From NCBI GenBank assembly GCA_024760505.1, contig CP058931.1, positions 352,136 through 416,135 of the forward strand: a stretch of 64,000 bases of DNA, read 5' to 3'. This DNA is from Nitrospira sp. (GTDB taxonomy: Bacteria > Nitrospirota > Nitrospiria > Nitrospirales > UBA8639). Under the pieces are notes generated by a model. It was not told where the DNA came from. It was given only the letters and a program-made list of their open reading frames with translations, and searched no databases. Shown here piece by piece: positions 29,079 through 38,605 of the stretch; within the stretch, counting starts at the first letter, position 1; each line of letters starts with the position of its first letter. Made by a program: the position numbers and the translations under genes.

Positions 29079-31022
29079 TTAAATGGAAGACGTTTTACGG
29101 CGAGCAGGAATTCCGAGGCGTGACATGCGACGATACAACGTGAGGCGTGCGATCCCAAGCAGCTTTGCTGCAGCTGAACGGTTCCCTCCCGTCTGCTTCA
29201 ATGCCGCGAGAATCTTCTCCTTATCATCATCATGGCTTGAAGGTATGTCTTCAGAGGATGCCGCTGGAAGTATTTCATCCTGATTAAGCACCTCCGGCGG
29301 CAAATCTTGAGGTCGAATAATGGTCTGAGGACATCGAATGACGGCGAATTCAATGGCATGCTTGAGTTCGCGAACGTTTCCAGGCCATGCATAGGCCATC
29401 AACAGTCGGAGCGCTTCATCACTCACGGCCTCAACAGGCCTTCCTGTTGTCGCCCGATATTGGTTTAGAAAATGGCTGATTAACAATGGGATATCTTCCC
29501 GTCGTTCCCGCAGCGCAGGCAATAACACTCTTCCGACCCGAATCCGATACAACAGGTCAGCCCGGAAGGTTCCCGCACTGACATCATTGGCAAGATTATG
29601 ATGGGTGGCCGCAAGCACACGAACATTCACTTTCCGAAGCCGAGATTCCCCAAGACGGGTAATTTCCCATTCCTGCAGAACCCGAAGCAGACTGGTTTGG
29701 ACTGTGAGCGGAATATCCCCGATTTCATCCAAAAACAAGGTTCCTCCTTCAGCGGCTTCGATCAATCCCTGCTGATCTGATACGGCGCCTGTGAAGGCCC
29801 CACGTTTATGCCCAAATAATTGGCTGGCGACCAGTGATTCGGTTAGCCCCGCACAATTCACCGCAATAAAAGGAAATTCATTGCGGTGGCTGGCTTGGTG
29901 AATGGCACGAGCGACCAGTTCCTTGCCTGTTCCGGTCTCTCCCTCAATCAGAATGGTGGAATCCACACGGGAAAAATCCTGAATCTGCTGGAAAACCAAT
30001 TGCATGGAATGACTGGCGCCAATAAGATCCTGATATTTGCCGGTCTCTCCCAATAATTGACGAAGCGTCTGCACCTCCGAGGCATCGTACAAGAAAAACA
30101 TTTTCCGTTCCGGGTCTCGTGGATCATCTCTGACATCCACATTGATCCAACGGGTGCACTCTCCACCAACCGCAGACATGCGCACTAAGACCTCCTGCCG
30201 CTCTCCAGGTGAACGATTCACCATGTCCTCTATTTGAGCATGATAGGCAGGATCGCTAAACAACGCTTTCCAGGACTCACCTGAATAAGGAAAATTCGTT
30301 TTTCCGCATAACTGTTGTGCGGCCTGACTCAGAAAGGTCACCTTTCCATCCCTATCGGTCAGGGCCGTCCCAATATGCAATTGATTTAAAATAGCAATGA
30401 GATCATCGTGATTCCGCTGGATCTCCGCAATCAAGTCTTCTAATTTCTCTTCGGCTTCTTTCCGTTGTGCCACTTCCTGCGACAGTAACCGATTGGCCGT
30501 CGTCAGGTCGGATGTTCTATCCAGCACACGCTGCTCCAGCACATCATGCGCTTCACGAAGAGCGGCTTGCGTCCGCTTCCGATCCAACTGCAGCCGGACC
30601 ATCTCTCCTAGTGAGTGCAATAAATTTCTCTCTTCCTGCAGAAAGGGGCCCTCAACTTCCGTCGGGCGCTCCTCCAGATATACGACTTCAATTTCACCCG
30701 TCGTTCCATCTCGGCAAATAAACTCCTCCCGCTGAGTCCACGGGGATACCACAAAATTAGGCGTCGTAATTTCCAGATGACCGAAACGGATCCGGGCGGC
30801 TGTGACTTCCGGGTATTGCCAGGATGGCGGAATAAGATCGGCAATACGTTGAAGTAATTCCTGAGTCGATAAATCTTCGTTGTGAAACAATTGCGTGGTG
30901 GAATGGAGTGCGGTCAGTTCCTTCACTCGTTCCTGGAGATCGTGCAAAGTCCGCTTCAATTCTTGATCCGAATCCTTCAATACATGAATATCGGTAGATG
31001 ACAAGGAACCTTTGTCTTCCAT
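29079..31022 (-). CDS. Sigma-54-dependent transcriptional activator, sensory (PAS-like) - AAA+ - Fis HTH
   Basis: 647 aa. N-terminal ~330 aa contain a coiled-coil and PAS-like segments ([23 protein letters not shown]). Then [25 protein letters not shown] and C-terminal [21 protein letters not shown]. No receiver domain. Confidence 0.9.
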   Translation of the reverse strand: MEDKGSLSSTDIHVLKDSDQELKRTLHDLQERVKELTALHSTTQLFHNEDLSTQELLQRIADLIPPSWQYPEVTAARIRFGHLEITTPNFVVSPWTQREEFICRDGTTGEIEVVYLEERPTEVEGPFLQEERNLLHSLGEMVRLQLDRKRTQAALREAHDVLEQRVLDRTSDLTTANRLLSQEVAQRKEAEEKLEDLIAEIQRNHDDLIAILNQLHIGTALTDRDGKVTFLSQAAQQLCGKTNFPYSGESWKALFSDPAYHAQIEDMVNRSPGERQEVLVRMSAVGGECTRWINVDVRDDPRDPERKMFFLYDASEVQTLRQLLGETGKYQDLIGASHSMQLVFQQIQDFSRVDSTILIEGETGTGKELVARAIHQASHRNEFPFIAVNCAGLTESLVASQLFGHKRGAFTGAVSDQQGLIEAAEGGTLFLDEIGDIPLTVQTSLLRVLQEWEITRLGESRLRKVNVRVLAATHHNLANDVSAGTFRADLLYRIRVGRVLLPALRERREDIPLLISHFLNQYRATTGRPVEAVSDEALRLLMAYAWPGNVRELKHAIEFAVIRCPQTIIRPQDLPPEVLNQDEILPAASSEDIPSSHDDDKEKILAALKQTGGNRSAAAKLLGIARLTLYRRMSRLGIPARRKTSSI

Positions 31023-31853
31023 GATGGCTTCCTATGGCATTTTAAAATAAGACAAGCTCCCCAACGACCTGGCTCAGCACCCTAAGGTCTTCGGGACACT
31101 CCTCCGCATCGAACCACTGAATGGGACCAATCGATCTCTGTCAAAGGTTTCAGCCCAATCAATTGTATGCGGGACACTGCACGCCCCATTCCCATTATCC
31201 CAGCACAAAAATGTGTGGTATGTCCTATCCATGCAATCTCCTCATTCACAGTGATCTTCTCACTTCCCAGAGGGCCTCGTCACCCGTGTTGTGATGAATC
31301 CTCTCCAAATACTCCACATGATGAAACCAATTGAGAGACGTATTAACCCATTCTACCTGAACCGGGACAATGGAGTGACCAGGCCTCTCCATATTGTTGG
31401 TGTCCTTTTGCAATTGCTCAGGGTTATGCCTAAGTTGGATTTGGCTCGATAAGGCCACAGATGGAGGTTGACCAAAACATCCATTACCCTCATAACGAAT
31501 ATTGCCATGAAAATTAATTTCATCAGACAAATAGAACATGCACATAATGGGAAATGGATGACCCACTTCTTTCGGGTTGTGGGGTTTCCCTCGTCGGGCA
31601 TACCTCACCCATATGTCTGTTTAGTAAGGATGCATTCACACTCCAATTTGAAATGAGAATTAGGGAAGGAGAGAGGATTTCAAGAAGAGGACAAAACAGG
31701 GACAGGATTCAAGACCTAGACGGCAAAATTTAATTTGTAAGGAAATTATTCGACTGGAATAGTCATCTTACGCTTCTCCTTACTCCACGCAATTCCAATA
31801 GCAATGGATCAAGAACCCACCACCCCATTTTCCAGGGTGAAATGGATACGCCT

Positions 31854-32348
31854 TCAATGATGGGCCTCTTGTTTGCGATGTACGACTTCCCGCACCATCT
31901 TCAGAATCTTCTGTTGGTCAAAAGGCTTTGAGAGGACGGCCAATGCCCCGGCATGGGTCGCTCTCAATCGCACAGAATTTGTAAGGTTTCCCGTAACCAT
32001 CACAGCAGGAGTACAACTGACCGCCGCACTCGAAATGACTTCAAGGAATTCGCATCCATCCATATGTGGCATCTGGAAATCTGTGATGATGAAATCAATC
32101 GGTTTTTCCTGAAATAATTTGAGAGCAGCAATTCCATCCGCTGCCTCTATGCAACGATAGCCCTCTCGTTCCAGGGCCATCCGGAGTATCATGCGACAAT
32201 CCACACTGTCGTCGACAACCAGAATAGAAACAGGATGTAAAGATTCAGAATCTATCCCATCCAATTTCTCCTTCGGCTTCACACGCATATATGGATGTTC
32301 CGGAGAATGGTTCTGGGAATCGGGAGCCCATACAGGAATCATAAACAT
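31854..32348 (-). CDS. Stand-alone CheY-like response-regulator receiver protein
   Basis: ILVVDDSVDCR, FIITDFQMPHMDG, VMVTG and LSKPF give a full set of receiver signature positions. No output domain. Confidence 0.8.
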   Translation of the reverse strand: MFMIPVWAPDSQNHSPEHPYMRVKPKEKLDGIDSESLHPVSILVVDDSVDCRMILRMALEREGYRCIEAADGIAALKLFQEKPIDFIITDFQMPHMDGCEFLEVISSAAVSCTPAVMVTGNLTNSVRLRATHAGALAVLSKPFDQQKILKMVREVVHRKQEAHH

Positions 32349-32439
32349 TCCTCCCTAGATTTGCCTTCCTTCACCCATCTCACTCGCTATCCAAACAACC
32401 GCACACATTAATTTCAGAGTTCCATGTGATCTATGGGTT

Positions 32440-32847
32440 TCAAAATAAATCCATCGCCCCATTTTCAAGGGCCTTTATCAGCAGACTCTTGTTTGAAGGG
32501 CTCGAGATGACCATAACCGGCGGGACAGGCATTCTTCCGCGAAGCTGAGACACGACAGCTAAACTCTTGAGGGAACTCGGTTCACAATCCCACAATATGC
32601 CATCGACGAAAGCATTATTCAGTTGATCCAATCCTTGAAAGGAATAAAAAAGACGTTTAACCGTAAACCCTAAATCCCAAAGTTTCTCCGTGAATCCAAT
32701 CCATGCGTTAAGATCGACACCGAAAACTACAATGCATTTACCACTGTCCGGAAGTTCAGGCTCATGCTCCGGATGCTTCCCATTCCGATCTTCTGTCTCT
32801 AAGTCGATACTCGCCCCATCGCGCCCGGTCAAGCTATTCACATTCAT
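32440..32847 (-). CDS. Degenerate receiver-like (pseudo-receiver) protein
   Basis: Receiver-like layout (CIVVFGVD ... GILWDCEP ... VMVISS ... ALENGAMDLF), but the N-terminal acidic pair is replaced by FGVD and the protein ends before the conserved Lys. Confidence 0.45.
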   Translation of the reverse strand: MNVNSLTGRDGASIDLETEDRNGKHPEHEPELPDSGKCIVVFGVDLNAWIGFTEKLWDLGFTVKRLFYSFQGLDQLNNAFVDGILWDCEPSSLKSLAVVSQLRGRMPVPPVMVISSPSNKSLLIKALENGAMDLF

Positions 32848-32910
32848 TGGATGATGCTTTCTTGACTGCGGCCAATCTCAATCCACACCTCGAACAAAGT
32901 ATGGGAAGAT

Positions 32911-33156
32911 TCAATGCCGAGCCCTTCCAGTGCGACTACTCAATAGGCCTTTCCCGGATCGATTCATGAGAATAACCGGATCCACAATATCGCCACACTG
33001 CAGACAGCGAGCGGACATGAATTCAATTTCATTTTCAACGAGATCAAAAACTGGCTCCCTTTTCATGAGTCCGCCACATCGACAACATGCATCGGGTTCT
33101 TGGCTAGAGGTCTGGCAGCCCTCAAAATGAGAATTTCCATTTACGTGTGCATGCAT
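32911..33156 (-). CDS. Small Zn-ribbon protein (CxxC...CxxC), paralog of 12276-12515
   Basis: CCRCGGLM...RCLQCGDIVDPVILMNR, the same motif spacing as the ORF downstream of nxrB. AGGAGA RBS. First gene of a Zn-ribbon / pseudo-receiver / receiver string. Confidence 0.55.
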   Translation of the reverse strand: MHAHVNGNSHFEGCQTSSQEPDACCRCGGLMKREPVFDLVENEIEFMSARCLQCGDIVDPVILMNRSGKGLLSSRTGRARH

Positions 33157-33267
33157 TCGAATCTCCTAGGAAAGTACAAAGCACACCATTATAAATAACA
33201 TCATGATTATGAGAGACCATTCAAAATTTTTTGAAGCCAGATTTCTTCAATTTTTCTTACCAAATAG

Positions 33268-33284
33268 TGCAACCACTATGCCCA
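33268..33284 (-). promoter_or_regulatory. Candidate sigma-54 (-24/-12) promoter for the Zn-ribbon/receiver operon
   Basis: Minus strand reads TGGGCATagtggTTGCAc with exact GG-N10-GC spacing, about 112 nt upstream of the ATG at 33156. This is the best match to TGGCAC-N5-TTGCA that I found in the window. Confidence 0.5.
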
Positions 33285-33620
33285 TCTTAAACATTCCAAG
33301 ATCTCCGAAATATCTCCATACATTTCAGCACTTCATTCCAAAGCCAGAAGATCAGGTCACCATGATAAAAAAAACCGAGCGTTGGTGCACAGACAAGCAT
33401 GAGCGAAATCACCCACTTGCTCCCCTTTCTTCACGTCTCTCTCCAAGTTTATAGATGGCCTTCCTTAGCATCTGGCGTTGAAACCGAGGCTAGTCTCTCC
33501 GGTTGAACCCTGTTATCCTGGCCACAGGTCACAGGTAATTCTCCAGACGTTCATCATGACGATGACGCATCACCACACCATTTGGATCCTCTTATCCCCA
33601 TCCCTAAGGACCTGACCCAC

Positions 33621-34370
33621 ATGAACCCGTGGGCACTGGAAATCCAACATGTCAGCAAGCAATTCCCGGATGGCACCTATGCCCTTCAGAACATTGAATG
33701 GGGTGTGAAAGAGGGGGAAACCATGGCGCTGATTGGTGAGAGCGGATCAGGAAAAACCACCTTTTTGCGTCTTCTGAATCGGCTGATAGAACCAACGACC
33801 GGTACCGTCGTCATTCAAGGCGAGCCCGCCTCTGCACAGGACCCCATTCAACTTCGTCGACGCCTGGGGTATGTCCCACAAGATGGCGGGCTTTTCCCTC
33901 ACTGGACCATTAGGCAAAATGTCTGCCTCGTCCCTCATTTATTGGGATGGACATTGGAACAGCAACTCGAACGAGTCGATATGCTCTTACCTCTCATGAA
34001 CCTGAATCCCTCGCAAATTGCCGAACGCTATCCCATTGAACTCTCAGGGGGACAGCGGCAACGCGTGGCCGTGGCACGTGCCCTGGCAGCCGATCAGCCC
34101 ATCGTCCTGCTCGACGAACCATTTGGCGCGTTAGATCCGCTCACCCGCCATGACCTACAGGACCAATTTCTCTCCCTTCAAGCCCGATTGCAGAAAACCA
34201 TGGTCCTGGTGACCCATGACATGTCAGAAGCCTTCCGGCTAGGCGACCGGATTACCATCCTCAAGGAAGGATGCATTCAGCAAGTCGGGACTCCGCACCA
34301 AATTCTCCATGCTCCAGCCACCCCCTATGTTCATTTGCTCGTTCAGCATTATCACGCTCATCGAGGTTAA
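33621..34370 (+). CDS. ABC transporter ATP-binding protein, quaternary-amine (OpuC/ProV-like) type, without CBS domains
   Basis: Walker A GESGSGKTT, signature LSGGQRQRVAVARAL and Walker B IVLLDEP. I prefer the ATG at 33621 over the TTG at 33582. Confidence 0.85.
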   Translation: MNPWALEIQHVSKQFPDGTYALQNIEWGVKEGETMALIGESGSGKTTFLRLLNRLIEPTTGTVVIQGEPASAQDPIQLRRRLGYVPQDGGLFPHWTIRQNVCLVPHLLGWTLEQQLERVDMLLPLMNLNPSQIAERYPIELSGGQRQRVAVARALAADQPIVLLDEPFGALDPLTRHDLQDQFLSLQARLQKTMVLVTHDMSEAFRLGDRITILKEGCIQQVGTPHQILHAPATPYVHLLVQHYHAHRG

Positions 34371-34380
34371 CAGGAAGGAG

Positions 34381-35976
34381 ATGAACACTGATCGGATCAG
34401 ACAACGCACTCGGAGGATCTCTAGAGGAATCGTAGTCGGACTTCTTGGATTGCTCTATGCTCTTTCCCTGCCGGTTTGGGCCTCTGACACCATTGTGGTG
34501 GGATCGAAGAATTTCATGGAAAGCCGGCTCCTGGCGGAAATGTTCGCTCAACTCATTGAGGCCCGTACCGAATTAACCGTCACGCGTCGACTGGGACTCG
34601 CCGGCACTCAAGTCTGTTTTGAGGCTTTAAAAACGGGAGGGATTGATCTTTATCCCGAATACACAGGAACAGGGCTCGTCACCATTCTGGGTGAACCGCC
34701 GATGCACGATCGAGTGTCTGTTTTGAACCGCGTTCGCACGGAATTTCTTCACCGATGGAATATTTGGTGGCTGGCACCACTCGGATTTGAGAATTCTTAT
34801 GCGCTAGCCCTTCGCCGTGATCGAGCACAATCCTTAGGACTCCGAACGATTTCTGATCTTGTGCGTGTCGCCCCTCACATGAAAGCCGGATTTGGGTATG
34901 AATTCATCCAGCGAGAAGATGGATTGGCGGGGTTGAAAAAATCCTACGGGTTACAGTTTCAGGAAGTGATCGGCATGCAACAGACCTTGAAATATCAAGC
35001 CACAGATAAGGGAGAGGTTGACCTCTTAGATGTCTACACCACAGATGGACGCTTAGCTGTGTATGACTTTGTCGTCCTGAAAGATGATCGTCAGTTCTTC
35101 CCTCCGTATGAGGCCGCGGCACTCGTTCGAGGAGAAATTCTCAAACGCCATCCGGAATTGGGACGGGTAATCAGTTTGCTCACCAATGCCATAGACCCAA
35201 CACGCATGCGTGAATTAAATCTCCGGATTCAGGAACAGGGAGAACCGGTTCCCCAAGTAGCGCATAGCGCCTTACGGGCACTCAATCTTGTGGCTGACAA
35301 TCACGTCCAACCAGCCGCCAGCACGGAATCTCGCGATTCCATTTTGTCCTACATGTGGACCACACGTTCCAATCTGGCCCTTCGCACAGGAGAACATCTT
35401 GGGCTTTCCGGACTAGGGTTGTTCCTGGGAATACTGGTCGCCATTCCATTGGGGCTGGCTCTCGAACGATGGCGAAGGGGAGCGGAGGCGATCATCCGAA
35501 TAATCGGCATGTTGCAAACGATTCCATCCATCGCACTTCTGGCCTTTATGATACCGATATTTGGCGTAGGAGCGCTCCCCGCCATCATGGCCTTATGGAT
35601 GTATTCGTTATTCCCTATTCTTCGAAATACCTATTCGGGGTTGCGAGACGCAGCTCCAAATGTTGTGGAGACCGGGCGAGCCCTTGGCATGACGGAATGG
35701 CAAATTCTCCGCACGATTCGCCTTCCACTCGCCGCGCCAACCATCATGGCGGGCATTCGCACCTCTGCCATCTGGACCGTCGGGACTGCCACACTGGCCG
35801 CCTTTATCGGCGCCGGAGGCTTGGGTGTCCCGATCGTGGCCGGCCTCCAACTTGCGGATGTTAATCTGATCTTATCCGGCGCCCTACCCGCCACCGTATT
35901 GGCGCTGTCGGTTGATGGCCTCTTGAGTCGAGTAGAACAATGGGCCCGGCCACGAGGCCTGGAACCGGTTCGATAA
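34381..35976 (+). CDS. Fused substrate-binding domain + permease of a glycine-betaine/choline-type ABC transporter
   Basis: N-terminal TM, then an OpuBC-type binding domain (IVVGSKNFMESRLLAEMFAQLIE ... DLYPEYTGT ... DGRLAVYDFVVLKDD), then a BPD-type permease (six TMS, EAA-like loop GRALGMTEWQILRTIRLP). Confidence 0.85.
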   Translation: MNTDRIRQRTRRISRGIVVGLLGLLYALSLPVWASDTIVVGSKNFMESRLLAEMFAQLIEARTELTVTRRLGLAGTQVCFEALKTGGIDLYPEYTGTGLVTILGEPPMHDRVSVLNRVRTEFLHRWNIWWLAPLGFENSYALALRRDRAQSLGLRTISDLVRVAPHMKAGFGYEFIQREDGLAGLKKSYGLQFQEVIGMQQTLKYQATDKGEVDLLDVYTTDGRLAVYDFVVLKDDRQFFPPYEAAALVRGEILKRHPELGRVISLLTNAIDPTRMRELNLRIQEQGEPVPQVAHSALRALNLVADNHVQPAASTESRDSILSYMWTTRSNLALRTGEHLGLSGLGLFLGILVAIPLGLALERWRRGAEAIIRIIGMLQTIPSIALLAFMIPIFGVGALPAIMALWMYSLFPILRNTYSGLRDAAPNVVETGRALGMTEWQILRTIRLPLAAPTIMAGIRTSAIWTVGTATLAAFIGAGGLGVPIVAGLQLADVNLILSGALPATVLALSVDGLLSRVEQWARPRGLEPVR

Positions 35977-36392
35977 CCTTACCGAATTGCCGTTTAATAT
36001 ATAAAAAACACGCCAACCCAAGTAACATTTTGGCGGACAAAAGAGCCACGTACTCATCTGATTTGGTCAATGCCCTTGTCTTGCCCGCTACCCTCTCTGC
36101 CGCTATAGTGGAGATATTGATAAATTTTCAATATATTTGCCATCATCCACCTACTGCCCTTTAGTTTTGTGCATTGAGGGCAGATCAAGGAACTTATCGA
36201 ACGAATGCTTTCTCTCATTCAGCATTACACGAGAAAAATTTAGACCAAAAGGATGTTCATTTTTCTGAACATTTTCTTTCCCTTTCCTGAACATTTTCTT
36301 TCCGTCTTATTCCAAGGATGACGTGGTCTGCGCTGACGTCTGAAGGTAGAGGTTAGACTATTGTTCACGATAGACCCCCCCGAGGAGGGCTC

Positions 36393-37376
36393 ATGTCACC
36401 ACAAACAGATCCATCAATAACCATTGATCTTCCGTTAACCAGAGAAGATCCGGACTTAGTCAAAACCCAAATCACCCGCGGTCTGCAAGCAAGCCCCAAA
36501 ACCCTCCCTTCGAAACTCTTTTATGATGAACAGGGATCCACCCTGTTTGAACAAATATGCGAATTGCCGGAATATTATCAAACACGGACCGAGCATCAGC
36601 TGCTCACCAATTGCGCCGACGAAATTGTGGCTCTCAGCGGAGCTGAAGAACTTGTGGAATTAGGATCCGGCGCAGCCACAAAAACACGGGTACTCCTCGA
36701 TGCCATGGCCAATGTTGGCCAACTGCGCTATTTCGTCCCGTTTGATGTCGATGAAACCATTGTCCGACGGGTCTCCGAAGAACTGGTCCGCGAGTACCCC
36801 GGTCTCCACATACATGGCGTGGTAGGAGATTTTCTTTTCCATTTGGAGCATATTCCGGAAGGCGGCAAACGCCTGGTGGTCATCCTTGGAGGAACCATTG
36901 GCAACCTTCCTGCTCTTGCCGCTCAAGAGTTTCTCTCCTCCGTAAACTCAGAAATGGCATCCGGGGATTATTTCTTATTGGGAGTCCAGCTCATCACGGA
37001 ACGAAGTCGCCTGGAAGCCGCATATAATGACAAACAGGGCATTACAGCAAAATTTAACAAAAATATTATTCGTGTTCTTGGTCATCATTTTGGATCTCAG
37101 GCTGATCCGGATTCGTTCGACCATATCGCCAGATACAACAATGATGAACATCGCATTGAAATGTGGCTCCGGTCACGAGAAGATCAAATTCTGGACATTC
37201 AGGACTTAGGATTACAAGTCCATCTCAAGCAAGGGGAGGAAATCCGCACCGAAATCAGCACGAAATATGACCGCCCCTTGGCCGAAACGCTTCTCGCGGC
37301 TTCGGGTTTTGCCTTGGTCAAATGGTACTCGGACCCGGACAGCCTGATTGGCCTCGCACTCGCAAAAAAACCCTAA
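36393..37376 (+). CDS. egtD: L-histidine N-alpha-methyltransferase (hercynine synthase, EgtD family)
   Basis: Collinear with mycobacterial EgtD as I recall it: LPSKLFYDEQGSTLFEQICELPEYYQTRTE, LVELGSGAATKTRVLLDAM, FVPFDVD, GGTIGNL, ITAKFNKN, RIEMWLRS. Confidence 0.85.
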   Translation: MSPQTDPSITIDLPLTREDPDLVKTQITRGLQASPKTLPSKLFYDEQGSTLFEQICELPEYYQTRTEHQLLTNCADEIVALSGAEELVELGSGAATKTRVLLDAMANVGQLRYFVPFDVDETIVRRVSEELVREYPGLHIHGVVGDFLFHLEHIPEGGKRLVVILGGTIGNLPALAAQEFLSSVNSEMASGDYFLLGVQLITERSRLEAAYNDKQGITAKFNKNIIRVLGHHFGSQADPDSFDHIARYNNDEHRIEMWLRSREDQILDIQDLGLQVHLKQGEEIRTEISTKYDRPLAETLLAASGFALVKWYSDPDSLIGLALAKKP

Positions 37377-37468
37377 GCCGGATGGTTCGAGAGAGGCACG
37401 ACCTTTTCCATCAGGATTCAGACCCGACCTAACCTCACAACCCTAGGGTACTCCGCCAACCTACTCCC

Positions 37469-38521
37469 ATGATTTATCTCAACCCGGCTGGACTCGCTCC
37501 ATTCCATCCTGACGTGCAGCAGGAAATTTCCCGGACACTCGACACGTTCAGTCAATTGTTATATGCGGAAGCCGGCATTCAGTATTACCGGGACACGCTT
37601 CAGGAATGCCGACGGACCATTGCGGATTGGTTGAGGTTGAAGGATGAACAACGGCTCGCCTTCATGCCCAATACCACAACTGCATGCAGCCTGGTCCTTT
37701 CTCGGATCAATTGGAAACCTGGAAATGTCCTTCTGACCACCACTCATGAAAATTCCACGATTCTCAATGAAATCGACAAACTCAGTGCCCGTGGAGTCCG
37801 CGTTATTACACTCGACCCGGATGTCCCCTCCGGCTTCCTTCCCGCGCTTGAACGCATTCTAAATGAACAACCCATTCAGGCCATCGTCATCAGTCACGTC
37901 TCTCATTTTGATGGGCGTATCTTTCCCATCACCGCAATCCAGGACCTGACGCAGTCACATTCCACGCTGCTCATCGTAGACGGGGCACAAGCCATTGGAC
38001 ATATTCCGGTTTCTTTTCAGGAGATTTATCCCTATGCGTATTTTTTCCCTGGCCATAAATGGTGCACAGGCCCAATGGGAACAGGTGCGCTGATTGTCGG
38101 GAAAGACCGTCACCAGGAAACGCAACCCTATTGGGCCGAATACGAATTGGGCACCCAGAATATTGGCTTGATCGCCGGATTTGCCAAAGCGTGCCATCTC
38201 AAGGCTCAACAAGATCCACACAACCACATCCTTGAACAGGTGCGAAAAGAATGGAAAGTCTGCCTCGGACACTATCCTGGCCTTCGGATTATCGAATGGG
38301 ACGGGGCGCATGCTCCCGGCATCTTATCGTTTGCCTGCCTTGACGAACATACGGAGCAGGCTATGCACACCCTTTCCTCCACTCATTCCATTGCCTGGAA
38401 AACCCTCACACATCCCTCACATCCCTCAAACCTTTCGATCCGTATCTCATGGTCAACCGACACATCAAGTGTCGACATCCGTTCGACCCTTGCATTGTTT
38501 TCCTCACTCTCAAACGAGTGA
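37469..38521 (+). CDS. Class-V aminotransferase / cysteine-desulfurase-fold PLP enzyme (possible EgtE-like C-S lyase)
   Basis: PLP-lysine context FFPGHKWCTGPMGTGALIV and LIVDGAQAIGHIP. Located 92 nt downstream of egtD on the same strand. Confidence 0.7.
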   Translation: MIYLNPAGLAPFHPDVQQEISRTLDTFSQLLYAEAGIQYYRDTLQECRRTIADWLRLKDEQRLAFMPNTTTACSLVLSRINWKPGNVLLTTTHENSTILNEIDKLSARGVRVITLDPDVPSGFLPALERILNEQPIQAIVISHVSHFDGRIFPITAIQDLTQSHSTLLIVDGAQAIGHIPVSFQEIYPYAYFFPGHKWCTGPMGTGALIVGKDRHQETQPYWAEYELGTQNIGLIAGFAKACHLKAQQDPHNHILEQVRKEWKVCLGHYPGLRIIEWDGAHAPGILSFACLDEHTEQAMHTLSSTHSIAWKTLTHPSHPSNLSIRISWSTDTSSVDIRSTLALFSSLSNE

Positions 38522-38550
38522 GGCCCCCTACACATCACATAGGGGGCCTC
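38520..38550. terminator. Hairpin between convergent genes (possible bidirectional terminator)
   Basis: GAGGCCCCCTA-cacatcaca-TAGGGGGCCTC, an 11-bp perfect stem. It overlaps the stop of the PLP enzyme gene and lies 56 nt from the caspase gene stop. No clear U-tract on either side. Confidence 0.5.
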
Positions 38551-38605
38551 AGGGTGTCATCACCAAGAAACGGAGGAACCTTTCCTTGGCTTATCTGTTT
38601 GTTCT

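Noticed and set aside
31246-31608. 120-aa ORF on the minus strand between the receiver operon and the PAS-type activator.
   Set aside because: It has no recognisable domain, no clear RBS at any of its Met codons, and an overlapping alternative-frame ORF (31353-31601). Left uncalled; it could be real but I cannot support it.
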